A stretch of 64,000 nt of DNA, from positions 598-64,597 of the forward strand of contig JBBQAV010000005.1 of the NCBI GenBank assembly GCA_038316775.1, read 5' to 3'. The notes under the pieces are model-generated. The model saw nothing but the letters and a program-made list of their open reading frames with translations, ran no database searches and had not been told where the DNA came from. Every line of letters starts with the position of its first letter. Within the stretch, counting starts at the first letter, position 1. The position numbers were made by a program, and so were the translations under genes. Shown in pieces: positions 38,850-48,351 of this stretch. The stretch is from Gemmatimonadales bacterium (GTDB lineage: Bacteria > Gemmatimonadota > Gemmatimonadetes > Gemmatimonadales > Gemmatimonadaceae).

Positions 38850-39200
38850 ATGTCTTATCGCACTTTTGTAGACAGGGATGGAGCGTACTGGCAGGCCTGG
38901 GATTCGCAGCCGACGAAAGTCGAGCGGCGGATGCCCAGCGCGGATCGTCGCCGGCCGAGGTATTTCGCTTGGGGAGGCACCGAGCGCCGCACGGGAACGG
39001 ACCGGCGGACCACATCTCAGCGTCGCATCACTCTCGTTGATGGCTATGGTGCCGGCTGGCTGACCTTCGAGTCCCTGCAAGAAAAACGGCGGCTCATCCC
39101 TATTCCCCTCCTCTGGGACGAGCTCTCTCAGGACGGACTGCGGGAGCTCTGTGAAAGAGCCAGGCGGGTGTCCAGGAACGAAGGACTGGCCGCGGGCTAG
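38850..39200 (+). CDS. small conserved-looking hypothetical protein with ERR/DRR repeats
   Basis: GAGG RBS; RTFVD.DG..W..WD, GWLTFES..EKRRL.PIP..W..L...L..LCERA. Confidence 0.75.
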   Translation: MSYRTFVDRDGAYWQAWDSQPTKVERRMPSADRRRPRYFAWGGTERRTGTDRRTTSQRRITLVDGYGAGWLTFESLQEKRRLIPIPLLWDELSQDGLRELCERARRVSRNEGLAAG

Positions 39201-39260
39201 CTCTTTTGTAGCGCGTACACGGGCAGCGGCGGGCGTGGCGGTATCGGCGGCGGGGGCGGC

Positions 39261-40028
39261 TTAGTTGGCGTTTTTCGGAAGCTTCCAACTCGCCTGGCGC
39301 TTCCCGTAGTCGTCGGCCGTGAGCTGCACGAGCAGCGGCCGTTTTGCGGGATCGAGCCAGAGCATTATTTCGCGAAGCTTCGCTTCGTCGAAAGCCGTGC
39401 ATCCAGCGGTGTGCGAGTCCGGACCGTTCCAGATGTGCAGGAAGATACAGGAGCCCCGCCCCTTCGTGGGCGGTGACCCATTGTAGCCAACGATCACACC
39501 GATCTTGTACTGCTGGACCTCGCGCATGTGCTCGGCGCTGTTCCAATCAACCGCACCGACCGCGTCGCGGTCGACTACGGTGTTGTAGTGCGCGGACGCG
39601 ACGTCGTCGACGCAATCGGTGGTGGGCAGGAGCTGCACATATGGCAATCGCACAGCCTGCATCGATTCGCGGGGCGCGAAGCCGAACGCAGTATCGAGTG
39701 GGAAAATACCCGCCGGCGCCTTGCCATCTCCTTCGCGCTTGTCAGGACCTTCAGCGGAGACATCGTCGAACCCAACGCCCCACGCCAGACCAGTGCGTCC
39801 GACAACGAGCGGGATCGGAGACTCCACGCGACTCCAGGCTGATGTCGGTGTCGCGCGTTCGAATCGCGTCAACGTGCCGACAGTCGACGTCCAGCGGGGA
39901 GTGACGACCACGACCAGCTGCGTTGATCCATCGACGTCAGCGCGCGGCTGCACGCGTGTGGAGGGCTGACAGGCGAGGAGCAGCGCCAGCGCGGCAAGTG
40001 TGCACGACGATGCGTCGGCTCGGATCAT
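39261..40028 (-). CDS. L,D-transpeptidase family lipoprotein
   Basis: LLAC lipobox, KREGDGKAPAGIF, GSCIFLHIW....HTAGC catalytic H/C motif. Confidence 0.85.
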   Translation of the reverse strand: MIRADASSCTLAALALLLACQPSTRVQPRADVDGSTQLVVVVTPRWTSTVGTLTRFERATPTSAWSRVESPIPLVVGRTGLAWGVGFDDVSAEGPDKREGDGKAPAGIFPLDTAFGFAPRESMQAVRLPYVQLLPTTDCVDDVASAHYNTVVDRDAVGAVDWNSAEHMREVQQYKIGVIVGYNGSPPTKGRGSCIFLHIWNGPDSHTAGCTAFDEAKLREIMLWLDPAKRPLLVQLTADDYGKRQASWKLPKNAN

Positions 40029-40080
40029 ATGTGGTTTTCCGGATTGGACAGTGTCCTCTGGATCGTGCTACAATAACCGC

Positions 40081-40497
40081 ATGCCAAATCTGCGCTCTCC
40101 CGAGTTCGCATCATACATCCTGCAAATCCTCGTCTCGGCATTTCTGGCTGTGCTGTTCCTGCAATCTGGCCTCGACAAGGTCATCGATCGGAAGGGCAAT
40201 CGCGAGTACCTCGATCAACATTTTTCGCGTAGCCCGCTCGCGAGCACCGTCGGCCCGATGCTCCTGGTCATCACGATCCTCGAGGTGTCGGCCGGCGCCG
40301 TCAGTGGGGTTGGTTGTGCTCTGCTGCTGCTGACCCATGATCCCACGGTCGCATTCCTCGGCGCGGTGCTCGGCGGGATCAACATCGTCGCGCTGTTTTT
40401 CGGGCAGCGGGTATCTAAGGATTACGCCGGGGCGGCGGCGCTGGTTCCTTATTTCCTTTTGATGCTTGCCGGGATCTACCTGCTGGCGGAGCACTGA
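40081..40497 (+). CDS. DoxX family membrane protein
   Basis: FLQSGLDKVIDR.GN...L..HF, LFFGQR.SKDYAGAA.LVPYF. Confidence 0.8.
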   Translation: MPNLRSPEFASYILQILVSAFLAVLFLQSGLDKVIDRKGNREYLDQHFSRSPLASTVGPMLLVITILEVSAGAVSGVGCALLLLTHDPTVAFLGAVLGGINIVALFFGQRVSKDYAGAAALVPYFLLMLAGIYLLAEH

Positions 40498-40502
40498 AAA
40501 AA

Positions 40503-40519
40503 GACAACTGAAGACTACC
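40503..40519 (+). repeat. dispersed 17-bp intergenic repeat, copy 1
   Basis: GACAACTGAAGACTACC, identical to 54295-54311. Confidence 0.6.
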
Positions 40520-40548
40520 TGCCAGGTGCTGTTTAAGACCGGGGCCAG

Positions 40549-41694
40549 CTACCTCATTTCCCGGATCATAACCCCGCGCTGCGCGAGATCCTTGATGTAC
40601 TTCTCGGCCGGAATGGCCTCGTCGGGTGTGAATACCCCCGCTTTCCCGATCTCCCCGCGCGCCTGCATCTGGCCTGTGATCGAGAGTGAGTAGCCGGTCG
40701 AGCGCTCCATCGCGCTGATCCCGTTCGCTTCGTCGTAGTGGTCCACCATCTCCCACCCGATTCGCTTCGGCTTCCCATTCTTCGTACCCTCGGCGAAAAC
40801 TCGTAGCGCGACGAGATCGTACGCGTTCGGCTTCGTGAGACGCGGGCCCATCGCGGCGACGACTAGATCGCGCGGAACGACTTTGACTCCCTTCACATCG
40901 ACAGGGTCGAGCTCCAGCAGCCCGAGCTCGCGGATGGCTTCCATGATTCGCGCGTGGCCAGGGTAGCGGAGAGTCTTGTACTCCATCGTCGGGATCTTGC
41001 CTTCGTAGCGTGACGCCATCAGGGAGAGTCCGCCGGCAGTGTGGAATCCCTCGAGCTCGCCGAGCGATCCGCCGAAATTGACGACCTCGATCTCTGACAG
41101 CGCTTTCACCTGCGTGCGCTTTCCTTTCCGCAGCACCCACGAGAGCGTCGTGTAGTAGTCGAGCACTCCCTCGAGGGAATAGACGATCTGATAGTTGAGA
41201 GGCGGCTCGGGACGCTGGGGCAATCCGCCGACGAAAATGCGAACCGCCTCCACCGTGTCGAGCTGCCGTATCGCGTGCTCGGCGAGGATGTTCACCATTC
41301 CAGGAGCAAGGCCGCAATCAGGAATGATCGTGATTCCCTTCTTTTTCGCCGCGGCGTCGAGCGTCTTCTGCTTGATCACGATCTCGGTGTTTCCGCCGAG
41401 GTCGGAGAAGTGAACGCCGGCTTCCACCGCCAGCGACGCAAGCTCGAAGTTGAAATAGTACGGAATCGCGCTCATCGCCGCATCCGATTGTCGCATGAGT
41501 GCGAGCACTGCTTCCTTGTCGCGAACGTCGAGCGGCGTGAAGATCAGCCGGTCGCCTGAAAAGGGCGCAAGGAATTGAGGCAGGTGGCCGGTGTGTAGAT
41601 CGGCCAGTCGGACTTCGGTTACTTCGGGATTTTGAAGCAGATCATACGCGCACGCGGAGCCTTGAAGCCCCGCGCCAAGCACTAACATTCGCAT
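40549..41694 (-). CDS. saccharopine dehydrogenase family / lysine 6-dehydrogenase-like oxidoreductase
   Basis: VLGAGLQG, DLGGN, PDCGLAPG, VGGLPQ.P.PPLNY, YKTLRYPGH, SAMERSTG. Confidence 0.88.
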   Translation of the reverse strand: MRMLVLGAGLQGSACAYDLLQNPEVTEVRLADLHTGHLPQFLAPFSGDRLIFTPLDVRDKEAVLALMRQSDAAMSAIPYYFNFELASLAVEAGVHFSDLGGNTEIVIKQKTLDAAAKKKGITIIPDCGLAPGMVNILAEHAIRQLDTVEAVRIFVGGLPQRPEPPLNYQIVYSLEGVLDYYTTLSWVLRKGKRTQVKALSEIEVVNFGGSLGELEGFHTAGGLSLMASRYEGKIPTMEYKTLRYPGHARIMEAIRELGLLELDPVDVKGVKVVPRDLVVAAMGPRLTKPNAYDLVALRVFAEGTKNGKPKRIGWEMVDHYDEANGISAMERSTGYSLSITGQMQARGEIGKAGVFTPDEAIPAEKYIKDLAQRGVMIREMR

Positions 41695-41812
41695 TACCTG
41701 TGGATCTCCAATGAATGGAACTGGACTCGCTCTTGCAATTTATTGACGCGATGTCCCCGCCGTTACCCCACGAATGGGTGATACTCGATGATCAAGCACG
41801 CCGAAGTGATGT

Positions 41813-42268
41813 ATGACGCCGCAAACTGACGGCGCCGGTTGGCGCGATCACCTGATCGAATCGCCCGACCGGATAAAAGATCTGCTCGAGAGCACCCACC
41901 GCATCGCCGTGCTCGGGATCAAGCCCGATGAGGGACAGCCCGCGTACTACGTCCCCGAGTACGCCGAGCACGCGGGATACGAGATCGTTCCGGTGCCGGT
42001 GTACTACAAGGAGCTGACGGAGATCATGGGGAAGAAAGTCTACCGGAAGATCGCTGACATTCCGGGCGACATCGACATGGTGAACGTCTTCCGCCGGCCC
42101 AGTGACATCCCGCCGCACGTCGAGGACATGATCGCCAAGAAGCCCAAGTCAGTCTGGTTTCAACTCGGAATCAGAAACGACGAAGCTGCCGAGAAGCTCG
42201 CCCGAGCGGGTATCGATGTCGTTCAGGATCATTGTCTGCTTGTGGAGCTGCGCCGGATCGGGCGTTGA
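41813..42268 (+). CDS. CoA-binding protein (YccU-like)
   Basis: IAVLG, IDMVNVFR, VWFQLGI.NDEAA, VVQDHC. Confidence 0.9.
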   Translation: MTPQTDGAGWRDHLIESPDRIKDLLESTHRIAVLGIKPDEGQPAYYVPEYAEHAGYEIVPVPVYYKELTEIMGKKVYRKIADIPGDIDMVNVFRRPSDIPPHVEDMIAKKPKSVWFQLGIRNDEAAEKLARAGIDVVQDHCLLVELRRIGR

Positions 42269-42298
42269 CGTCTGGGGAATTTTCGTCGCCGCGGCAAT

Positions 42299-42508
42299 CA
42301 CAATACTGAAGCAGGGAGCTACATGCTTGGCAGCTGACTTAGCTGGCTACCTTCTCTACCGGGCCTCAGGAGTGCACGGCGGAGTTTCGCTGCCCCTGAA
42401 GAATTGCAGACAAATGTCGGTCCACGATTTTGAGAACCCGCGCGCCAGTATGCAAGCTCCCAGCAAGTAAGCTCTAAAGCTTACAGCTCCCTGCTTCAGT
42501 TTTGTGGA
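42299..42508. repeat. inverted pair of ACTGAAGCAGGGAGCT repeats (REP/MITE-like)
   Basis: ACTGAAGCAGGGAGCT at 42305-42320 and its reverse complement at ~42485-42500. Confidence 0.7.
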
Positions 42509-42537
42509 CGTCAGAGGAGTCGCCTCGATGCACGCGG

Positions 42538-43575
42538 CTACCAAGTAACAGTGTAGACGACGGGCTCGACTGCGATCTCATTCGGATCCGGCTTCCCGCG
42601 CGGCGCGAGTGCGATGATGTACTTTCCGCCCGCCGTCGCCGCGAGAGCGATCCCTGCGCCCACCACTCGCGGTGCTGCTTTAGTGGCAACACCGGTTGTC
42701 GTCTCGACCAGTGTGATGACCCCGCGCTCGCTCTGAATGTTGAAAGTCTGATTGCCACGCTGAACCTGGATCGGCGGCGCCTGATTCATGTCGATCGGCA
42801 GCGAACGGTCGAGTGTCGGGCCCATCGTAAATTTCACTTCGGCGAGACTCGTATTCGACGGCAGCGTTCCGTGCCACTGTCCTGTAGCCGGATCCAGCGC
42901 CGACCACGTTTGACTCGGCTCGTTGTCCGTCGCGTGCGCGGGACTGTTGCCGAGCGCGAGCGTCGAGCCATCGGTGGTCCATCGAACGCGCCAGCCGCGA
43001 GCAACTGGGAATAGTTTCGGAGCAGCGCTGTCCGCCGCTGCCAATTGGCGCGGATTGTCCGGTATGCTGATCACGCCGGGCTGGGCGACGGCGCGGGCCA
43101 TCGACATTCCACTAGAGGCAAACGATCCGGCGCGCAGGGTCGCGGTATCGATCGACGTGCGGCGCGCAACGTCGGTGAGAAGATCGGTGCCCGTTCCAGC
43201 TCCGCCGACGACCGCGTAGGCACGACCGAATCCGATCCGCTTCCAATCGGGAGACGGAGCAACATCCCACACGCTGTCCATCTGCGCCTGGAAGCCGCGC
43301 GCCTCGTCACCAAAGAAAAATCCATTGGGCACCGGCTCGTTCTCGACTCCGCCAGGATCGGCCACCACCAGAACCGCCTTCTTGTCAGGGGAGAAAACCC
43401 AGAGCACTCGCTCCGCCATTCCATGAGTGCCGCGGCTCACGGGCGTCACGGTCACTACGGGCGCCAGGTGAGTCGTGTCAGCGCTGGTTTCCTTCTTCCC
43501 CGAGTCCACGACGCACGCGGCCAGGAGAAGCAATAGCACGGCAGGGACTAGAGCAGAAACGCGGAGAGTAGGCAT
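42538..43575 (-). CDS. hypothetical lipoprotein (beta-propeller-like)
   Basis: LLAAC lipobox; FSPD, PSPDW, WTTDGS (PD40-like) motifs. Confidence 0.7.
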   Translation of the reverse strand: MPTLRVSALVPAVLLLLLAACVVDSGKKETSADTTHLAPVVTVTPVSRGTHGMAERVLWVFSPDKKAVLVVADPGGVENEPVPNGFFFGDEARGFQAQMDSVWDVAPSPDWKRIGFGRAYAVVGGAGTGTDLLTDVARRTSIDTATLRAGSFASSGMSMARAVAQPGVISIPDNPRQLAAADSAAPKLFPVARGWRVRWTTDGSTLALGNSPAHATDNEPSQTWSALDPATGQWHGTLPSNTSLAEVKFTMGPTLDRSLPIDMNQAPPIQVQRGNQTFNIQSERGVITLVETTTGVATKAAPRVVGAGIALAATAGGKYIIALAPRGKPDPNEIAVEPVVYTVTW

Positions 43576-43654
43576 CGGCTTGAATGGCGAGCGTGGGCAG
43601 ACTCGTTCTGGACAGAGCGCCAGTATGGAAGCTTAAAAGCTAAACAGCTTTCCC

Positions 43655-43684
43655 GCTTACAGCTCCCTGCTTCAGTTTTGTGGA
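43655..43684 (+). repeat. 30-bp direct repeat of 42479-42508
   Basis: GCTTACAGCTCCCTGCTTCAGTTTTGTGGA identical at both sites. Confidence 0.85.
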
Positions 43685-43726
43685 TGCCAGTCGCAGCGCC
43701 GCAACTCTCGACGCCGGGGGTCTAGC

Positions 43727-44863
43727 TCAGACGCACACGAGGTTTTTTCCGCCGGCCTTGGCGCGGTATAATGCGCGGTCCGCGCAGTCGAGGAGATCAT
43801 CAGCCGTTTCGACCTTCGCCCCCGGGAAATCGGCGACGCCAATGCTCACGGTGAGGCGGAGCGGATCGCCTTTACCGATGTCGAACGGGTGCGACTGGAT
43901 CTTGTCGCGCAGTCTCTCCGCGAACGCGATCGCGCCCGCTTCACCCGTCTCGGGGACGGCGATGACGAACTCGTCGCCGCCGTAGCGGGCAACCGAATCG
44001 ACGCTCCGTGCCGTGCGCGCGAGCAGGAGCGCGACTTCCACGAGCACCTGGTCGCCGGCAAGGTGGCCGTAGGTGTCGTTCACATCCTTGAACTCGTCGA
44101 CGTCGATCATCAGGATGCTGAGCGGCGCGTTGTAACGGCGGGTGCGCTCCACTTCCGTCGCCAGCTGCGTTAGCAGAGCGCGGCGATTGAGGAGCTGCGT
44201 CAGAGGATCGGTGCGCGCGAGCGCCTCGAGCCTGACGTTGTCGGCCTGCGTGACCTCGACCATATGAGCGCGACGCATCGCGTTCATCGCGCTCTTGACC
44301 ACCGTCTCGGCGAAATCCACGTCGGCTTCGGTCAGCGACGGCTTCTCGGCGGTGCGGCGCAGAAGAAACACGCCGGTCCGGTCGAGATCGAGACGGAACG
44401 GCAGCGCGATGATCGAGCGCACGGAGATGACGCTTCCGTCCTCTTCCCACGCTTCGCGCAGCGCTTTATAGGCGTCGGAATGCCAGATGTCTGGAATGAG
44501 CACGGGCTGCTCGCTCGCGAGCGCGGCCTCAATCTCCGGATACTTGTCGAGCTCGACCTGGAGATTCTCCAGCTGCGGATCTTCGTGCGCCGAAGCGACC
44601 GTTCCCATCTGGTCGCCCGACTTCGCGAAGATGACGGACGAGTGGCTCAGGTTCAGCGCGCGCGCGAGACGGCGCGCGAGCATGTGGAACAGCTCTCCCA
44701 TCGAGAGCGAGCCCATGACGTCGTGCAGGATGTCGACGAGCGCACCACGCGCCGCCGCTTCATCCAGCAGGCGCTGCACTTCGGACTCCGCTTTGCGCAA
44801 AGCCGTTCGCAGCTTCTCGATTTCCTCGAGCTGCCGCGCAGCGTCAGGACGTTTGATCTTCAT
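43727..44863 (-). CDS. GAF + GGDEF diguanylate cyclase
   Basis: [30 protein letters not shown]-site, RYGGDEF; ATGA overlap with gyrA stop. Confidence 0.92.
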   Translation of the reverse strand: MKIKRPDAARQLEEIEKLRTALRKAESEVQRLLDEAAARGALVDILHDVMGSLSMGELFHMLARRLARALNLSHSSVIFAKSGDQMGTVASAHEDPQLENLQVELDKYPEIEAALASEQPVLIPDIWHSDAYKALREAWEEDGSVISVRSIIALPFRLDLDRTGVFLLRRTAEKPSLTEADVDFAETVVKSAMNAMRRAHMVEVTQADNVRLEALARTDPLTQLLNRRALLTQLATEVERTRRYNAPLSILMIDVDEFKDVNDTYGHLAGDQVLVEVALLLARTARSVDSVARYGGDEFVIAVPETGEAGAIAFAERLRDKIQSHPFDIGKGDPLRLTVSIGVADFPGAKVETADDLLDCADRALYRAKAGGKNLVCV

Positions 44864-47379
44864 TCCTCGGTAAGAGCCTCGACCGGTTCATCGGTGGCCG
44901 GGGTGCCGTTTTCCGCCCCGTCTTCCTCATCCTCAGGTATGACCCGGGCGACGGCGGTAACGAGATCGCCATCGTCGAGATTGACGAGCTTGACCCCCTG
45001 CGCGATACGCCCCGTGACACGCACCTGTGAGACCGAGCTGCGGATGATTACACCATGTTTTGTGATGATCATGATCTCGTCCGCGGGCAGAACCTCCATC
45101 AGGGCAACGACATCGCCCGTTTTCTCAGTTCTGTTTACCGTGATAATGCCCTTGCCGCCGCGCTTCTGAACACGGTAATCGGCGATGTTAGAGCACTTCC
45201 CGAGGCCACGTTCGGTGACGACGAGCAGGGTCGCATCGCGCTTGACGACAACCATTCCGATGACGGAATCGCCCGCGCGCAGCTCCACACCTTTGACACC
45301 AGTAGTATCCCTGCCCATCTCGCGGACATCCATTTCATGGAATCGAACCGACAGGCCGTGACGCGTGGCGAGCACGATGTCGTTCGCTCCGCTCGTCACC
45401 TGCACGTCGATCAGCTCGTCGTCCTTGTCGATCTTGATCGCCTTGATTCCGGTCTGACGGACATTCGAGTACTGGGAAAGCGCGCTCTTTTTCACCGTGC
45501 CGTTCCTGGTGCAGAAGAGGAGGAACTGCGTGTCCGAGAACTCGCGCACCGGAACCATCGCCTTGATCTGCGTCTCGGGTGAGACGTTGATCAGGTTGAC
45601 GATCGGTTTTCCCTTGGCCGCTCTCCCCGCCTGCGGTACCTCATGAACCTTCAACCAAAAACATCTGCCGTCGTCGGTGAAGCACAGGATGTAGTCGTGC
45701 GTCGAGCCGATGAAGAGCCTCGTGACAAAATCCTCGTCCTTGAGGCCTGCGCCGCTCAGTCCGCGCCCGCCGCGGCGCTGCTTTTTGTATGTCGAGACCG
45801 ACGTGCGCTTGATGTAGCCGGAGTGGGAGATGGTGATGACCATGTCCTCTTCGGCGATCAGGTCCTCGATCGTGAATTCGCCTTCGTCGCTCGTGATCTC
45901 TGACCTGCGCTCGTCGCCGTACTTCTTGGAGACTTCCTGCAGCTCGTCGCGAATGATCTTGAGCCGCCTCGGCTTGGACGCGAGGATCTCCTTCATTTCC
46001 TTGATGAAGGCGCGCACTTCCTTGAGCTCCGCCTCGAGCTTCTCGATCTCGAGCCCGGTGAGCTTCGCGAGGCGCATGTTGAGGATCGCCTCTGCCTGCC
46101 TCTCGCTCAGCTTGAAGCGCTTCTGGAGCTGAGCGCTCGCCTGCGGAGTGTCTTCCGCGGCGCGAATGAGCTTGATGACCGCGTCGATGTTGTCGACGGC
46201 GATCTTCAGGCCTTCGAGGATGTGCTCGCGCTCCTGCGCCTTGTCGAGCTCGAACTGGGTGCGGCGCACGACGACCTGGTGCCGGTGCTCGATGTAGTGG
46301 ACGAGCACGTCCTTGAGCGGCATCACCTTCGGCACGAGCTGCGTGGTGTGCGGATCGGGGACGAGCGCCAGCATGATGACGCCGAACGTCGACTGCATCA
46401 CGGTGTGCTTGTACAGCTGATTGAGGACGACGCGCGGAATCGAATCGCGCTTGAGCTCGATGACGACACGCATTCCGTCCTTGTCCGACTCGTCGCGGAG
46501 CGCCGAAATGCCTTCGAGCTTGCCGTCCTTGACCAGATCCGCCATGTCGGCAATGAGCTTCGCCTTGTTGACCTGGTACGGCAGCTCGGTGACGACGATC
46601 TGGGACTTGTTCGAGGATTCCTTTTCCTCGATCACGGCGCGGGCGCGCATCACGATGCGGCCGCGTCCCGTCTCCTGATAATCCTTGATGCCGGCGCGAC
46701 CATAGATGTAGCCGCCCGTCGGGAAATCCGGCCCCTTGATCAGCTTCCTGATCTCGGTCGGGGTCGTCTCCGGATTGTCGATGAGCGCGGTGATTGCCGC
46801 GACGACTTCGACGAGATTGTGGGGCGGGATGTTCGTCGCCATTCCAACGGCGATGCCTGACGAGCCATTCACGACGAGATTCGGGATGGCCGAGGGCAGA
46901 ACCTTTGGCTCGAGCAGCCGGTCGTCGAAGTTCGGGGCGAAATCGACGGTGTTCTTGTCGATGTCTGCCAGCATCTCCATGGCGACGCGGGTGAGGCGCG
47001 ACTCCGTGTAGCGATAGGCCGCGGCGGGATCGCCATCGACGCTTCCGAAATTCCCCTGGCCATCCACGAGCGGATAGCGGAGCGAGAAATCCTGAACCAT
47101 GCGCACGAGGGCGTCGTAGACCGACTGGTCGCCGTGCGGGTGGTACTTGCCGAGCACGTCGCCAACGACGGTTGCGGATTTCTTGTAGGGCCGGCCTGGA
47201 ACGAGTCCGAGCTCGTTCATCGCGTAAAGGACGCGGCGGTGCACTGGCTTGAGTCCATCGCGCACGTCGGGCAGTGCGCGAGAGACGATGACGCTCATCG
47301 AATAATTGATGAACGATTCTCTGACTTCTTCGTGAATGAGGCGCGGAAGGATGCGCTCTCTGTTGATCGGAGCCGTCAT
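44860..47379 (-). CDS. gyrA: DNA gyrase subunit A
   Basis: [27 protein letters not shown] active Tyr, GyrA box QRRGGRG, beta-pinwheel repeats. Confidence 0.97.
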   Translation of the reverse strand: MTAPINRERILPRLIHEEVRESFINYSMSVIVSRALPDVRDGLKPVHRRVLYAMNELGLVPGRPYKKSATVVGDVLGKYHPHGDQSVYDALVRMVQDFSLRYPLVDGQGNFGSVDGDPAAAYRYTESRLTRVAMEMLADIDKNTVDFAPNFDDRLLEPKVLPSAIPNLVVNGSSGIAVGMATNIPPHNLVEVVAAITALIDNPETTPTEIRKLIKGPDFPTGGYIYGRAGIKDYQETGRGRIVMRARAVIEEKESSNKSQIVVTELPYQVNKAKLIADMADLVKDGKLEGISALRDESDKDGMRVVIELKRDSIPRVVLNQLYKHTVMQSTFGVIMLALVPDPHTTQLVPKVMPLKDVLVHYIEHRHQVVVRRTQFELDKAQEREHILEGLKIAVDNIDAVIKLIRAAEDTPQASAQLQKRFKLSERQAEAILNMRLAKLTGLEIEKLEAELKEVRAFIKEMKEILASKPRRLKIIRDELQEVSKKYGDERRSEITSDEGEFTIEDLIAEEDMVITISHSGYIKRTSVSTYKKQRRGGRGLSGAGLKDEDFVTRLFIGSTHDYILCFTDDGRCFWLKVHEVPQAGRAAKGKPIVNLINVSPETQIKAMVPVREFSDTQFLLFCTRNGTVKKSALSQYSNVRQTGIKAIKIDKDDELIDVQVTSGANDIVLATRHGLSVRFHEMDVREMGRDTTGVKGVELRAGDSVIGMVVVKRDATLLVVTERGLGKCSNIADYRVQKRGGKGIITVNRTEKTGDVVALMEVLPADEIMIITKHGVIIRSSVSQVRVTGRIAQGVKLVNLDDGDLVTAVARVIPEDEEDGAENGTPATDEPVEALTEE

Positions 47380-47706
47380 TAAAACCGGTGGATAATGCGG
47401 GGTTCGGAGGGCGGGTTGGAGGTCGTTTGTGCCTCCAGTCGAGGGTAGCGCTCAATGTAGCGATCCGGACGCCAGAAATCAACCAGTTTCGAGGAACGTA
47501 AGTACCGATATGCCAATCGTTTAAAGGAATTTGGGCCGACCGGCAATTCCAGATATGTTTGGGGGAAAATATGGACGGCATCCAAGCTCAGCACTAGCAA
47601 CCATTTAGCGGCGACTCTCCAGCGTCTCTGGTCCGCTGCCGCGGCGTTGAAGCATTGTGGCCGAGAACGATCTTTCGGAGATTGCACGCATGCTTCAGGA
47701 AAGCTG

Positions 47707-48162
47707 GTGATAACCAGCGACATCACGGCTCACGTCCGCGCATTTTTCACGACGTACTGCACCGCGTTCATCCGGCTGGATGCTCCGGCGATCGCGAAGC
47801 ATTTCGCGGAGCAGGTGCAGGTGGCGAGCGATACAGGCAAGGACGTGCGCGTCCACTTTAGCAAAGCCTCGGAGTGGCGGCGAAGCATCGAACACGTCCT
47901 CGAGATGTACCGCGCGATAGACTTCGGCACGGCAGAGGCGATCGCGCTAGCCTCCGATCCACTCTCTTCCCGGCTGGTCCAGGTCAGGATACGCTGGCTG
48001 CTGCGGAATCGCGCGGGAGAGCCTCTCTACGAATTCGACGCGTTGTACACTCTGGCGCGTCATTCGGAGAAGTTCAGGATAATCGCAATCGCCCACAACG
48101 AGATGCCCCACTACCGCCGCTGCCTTGCGGATCTAACGGCACCTCAGCCGCAGAAGAAATAG
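47707..48162 (+). CDS. NTF2/SnoaL-like fold hypothetical protein
   Basis: AGGA RBS + GTG; VRAFF..Y..AF..LDA.AIA..F, Y.L......RIIAI.H. Confidence 0.6.
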   Translation: MITSDITAHVRAFFTTYCTAFIRLDAPAIAKHFAEQVQVASDTGKDVRVHFSKASEWRRSIEHVLEMYRAIDFGTAEAIALASDPLSSRLVQVRIRWLLRNRAGEPLYEFDALYTLARHSEKFRIIAIAHNEMPHYRRCLADLTAPQPQKK

Positions 48163-48351
48163 GTGGCTGGCCGCTAATCCATTGCGTTTCATAGTGTTAG
48201 GTGGAGCGGGCGTGAAAGCAGTTGACAGCATGTTTGTGACTGACATCGCGCCAAGTGTTTCTGGGAGGGGAGTGCTAACGTAACGGTTGATCGCAAAATT
48301 TCTTCGCAAATATTCCGGTAGCTCATTCGAGGGATTAATCGTCTTTAAACG

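Noticed and set aside
48165-48350. Possible c-di-GMP riboswitch upstream of the Cache-GGDEF gene
   Set aside because: No GEMM-like GGCAAAC/GNRA/GCAAAG arrangement visible
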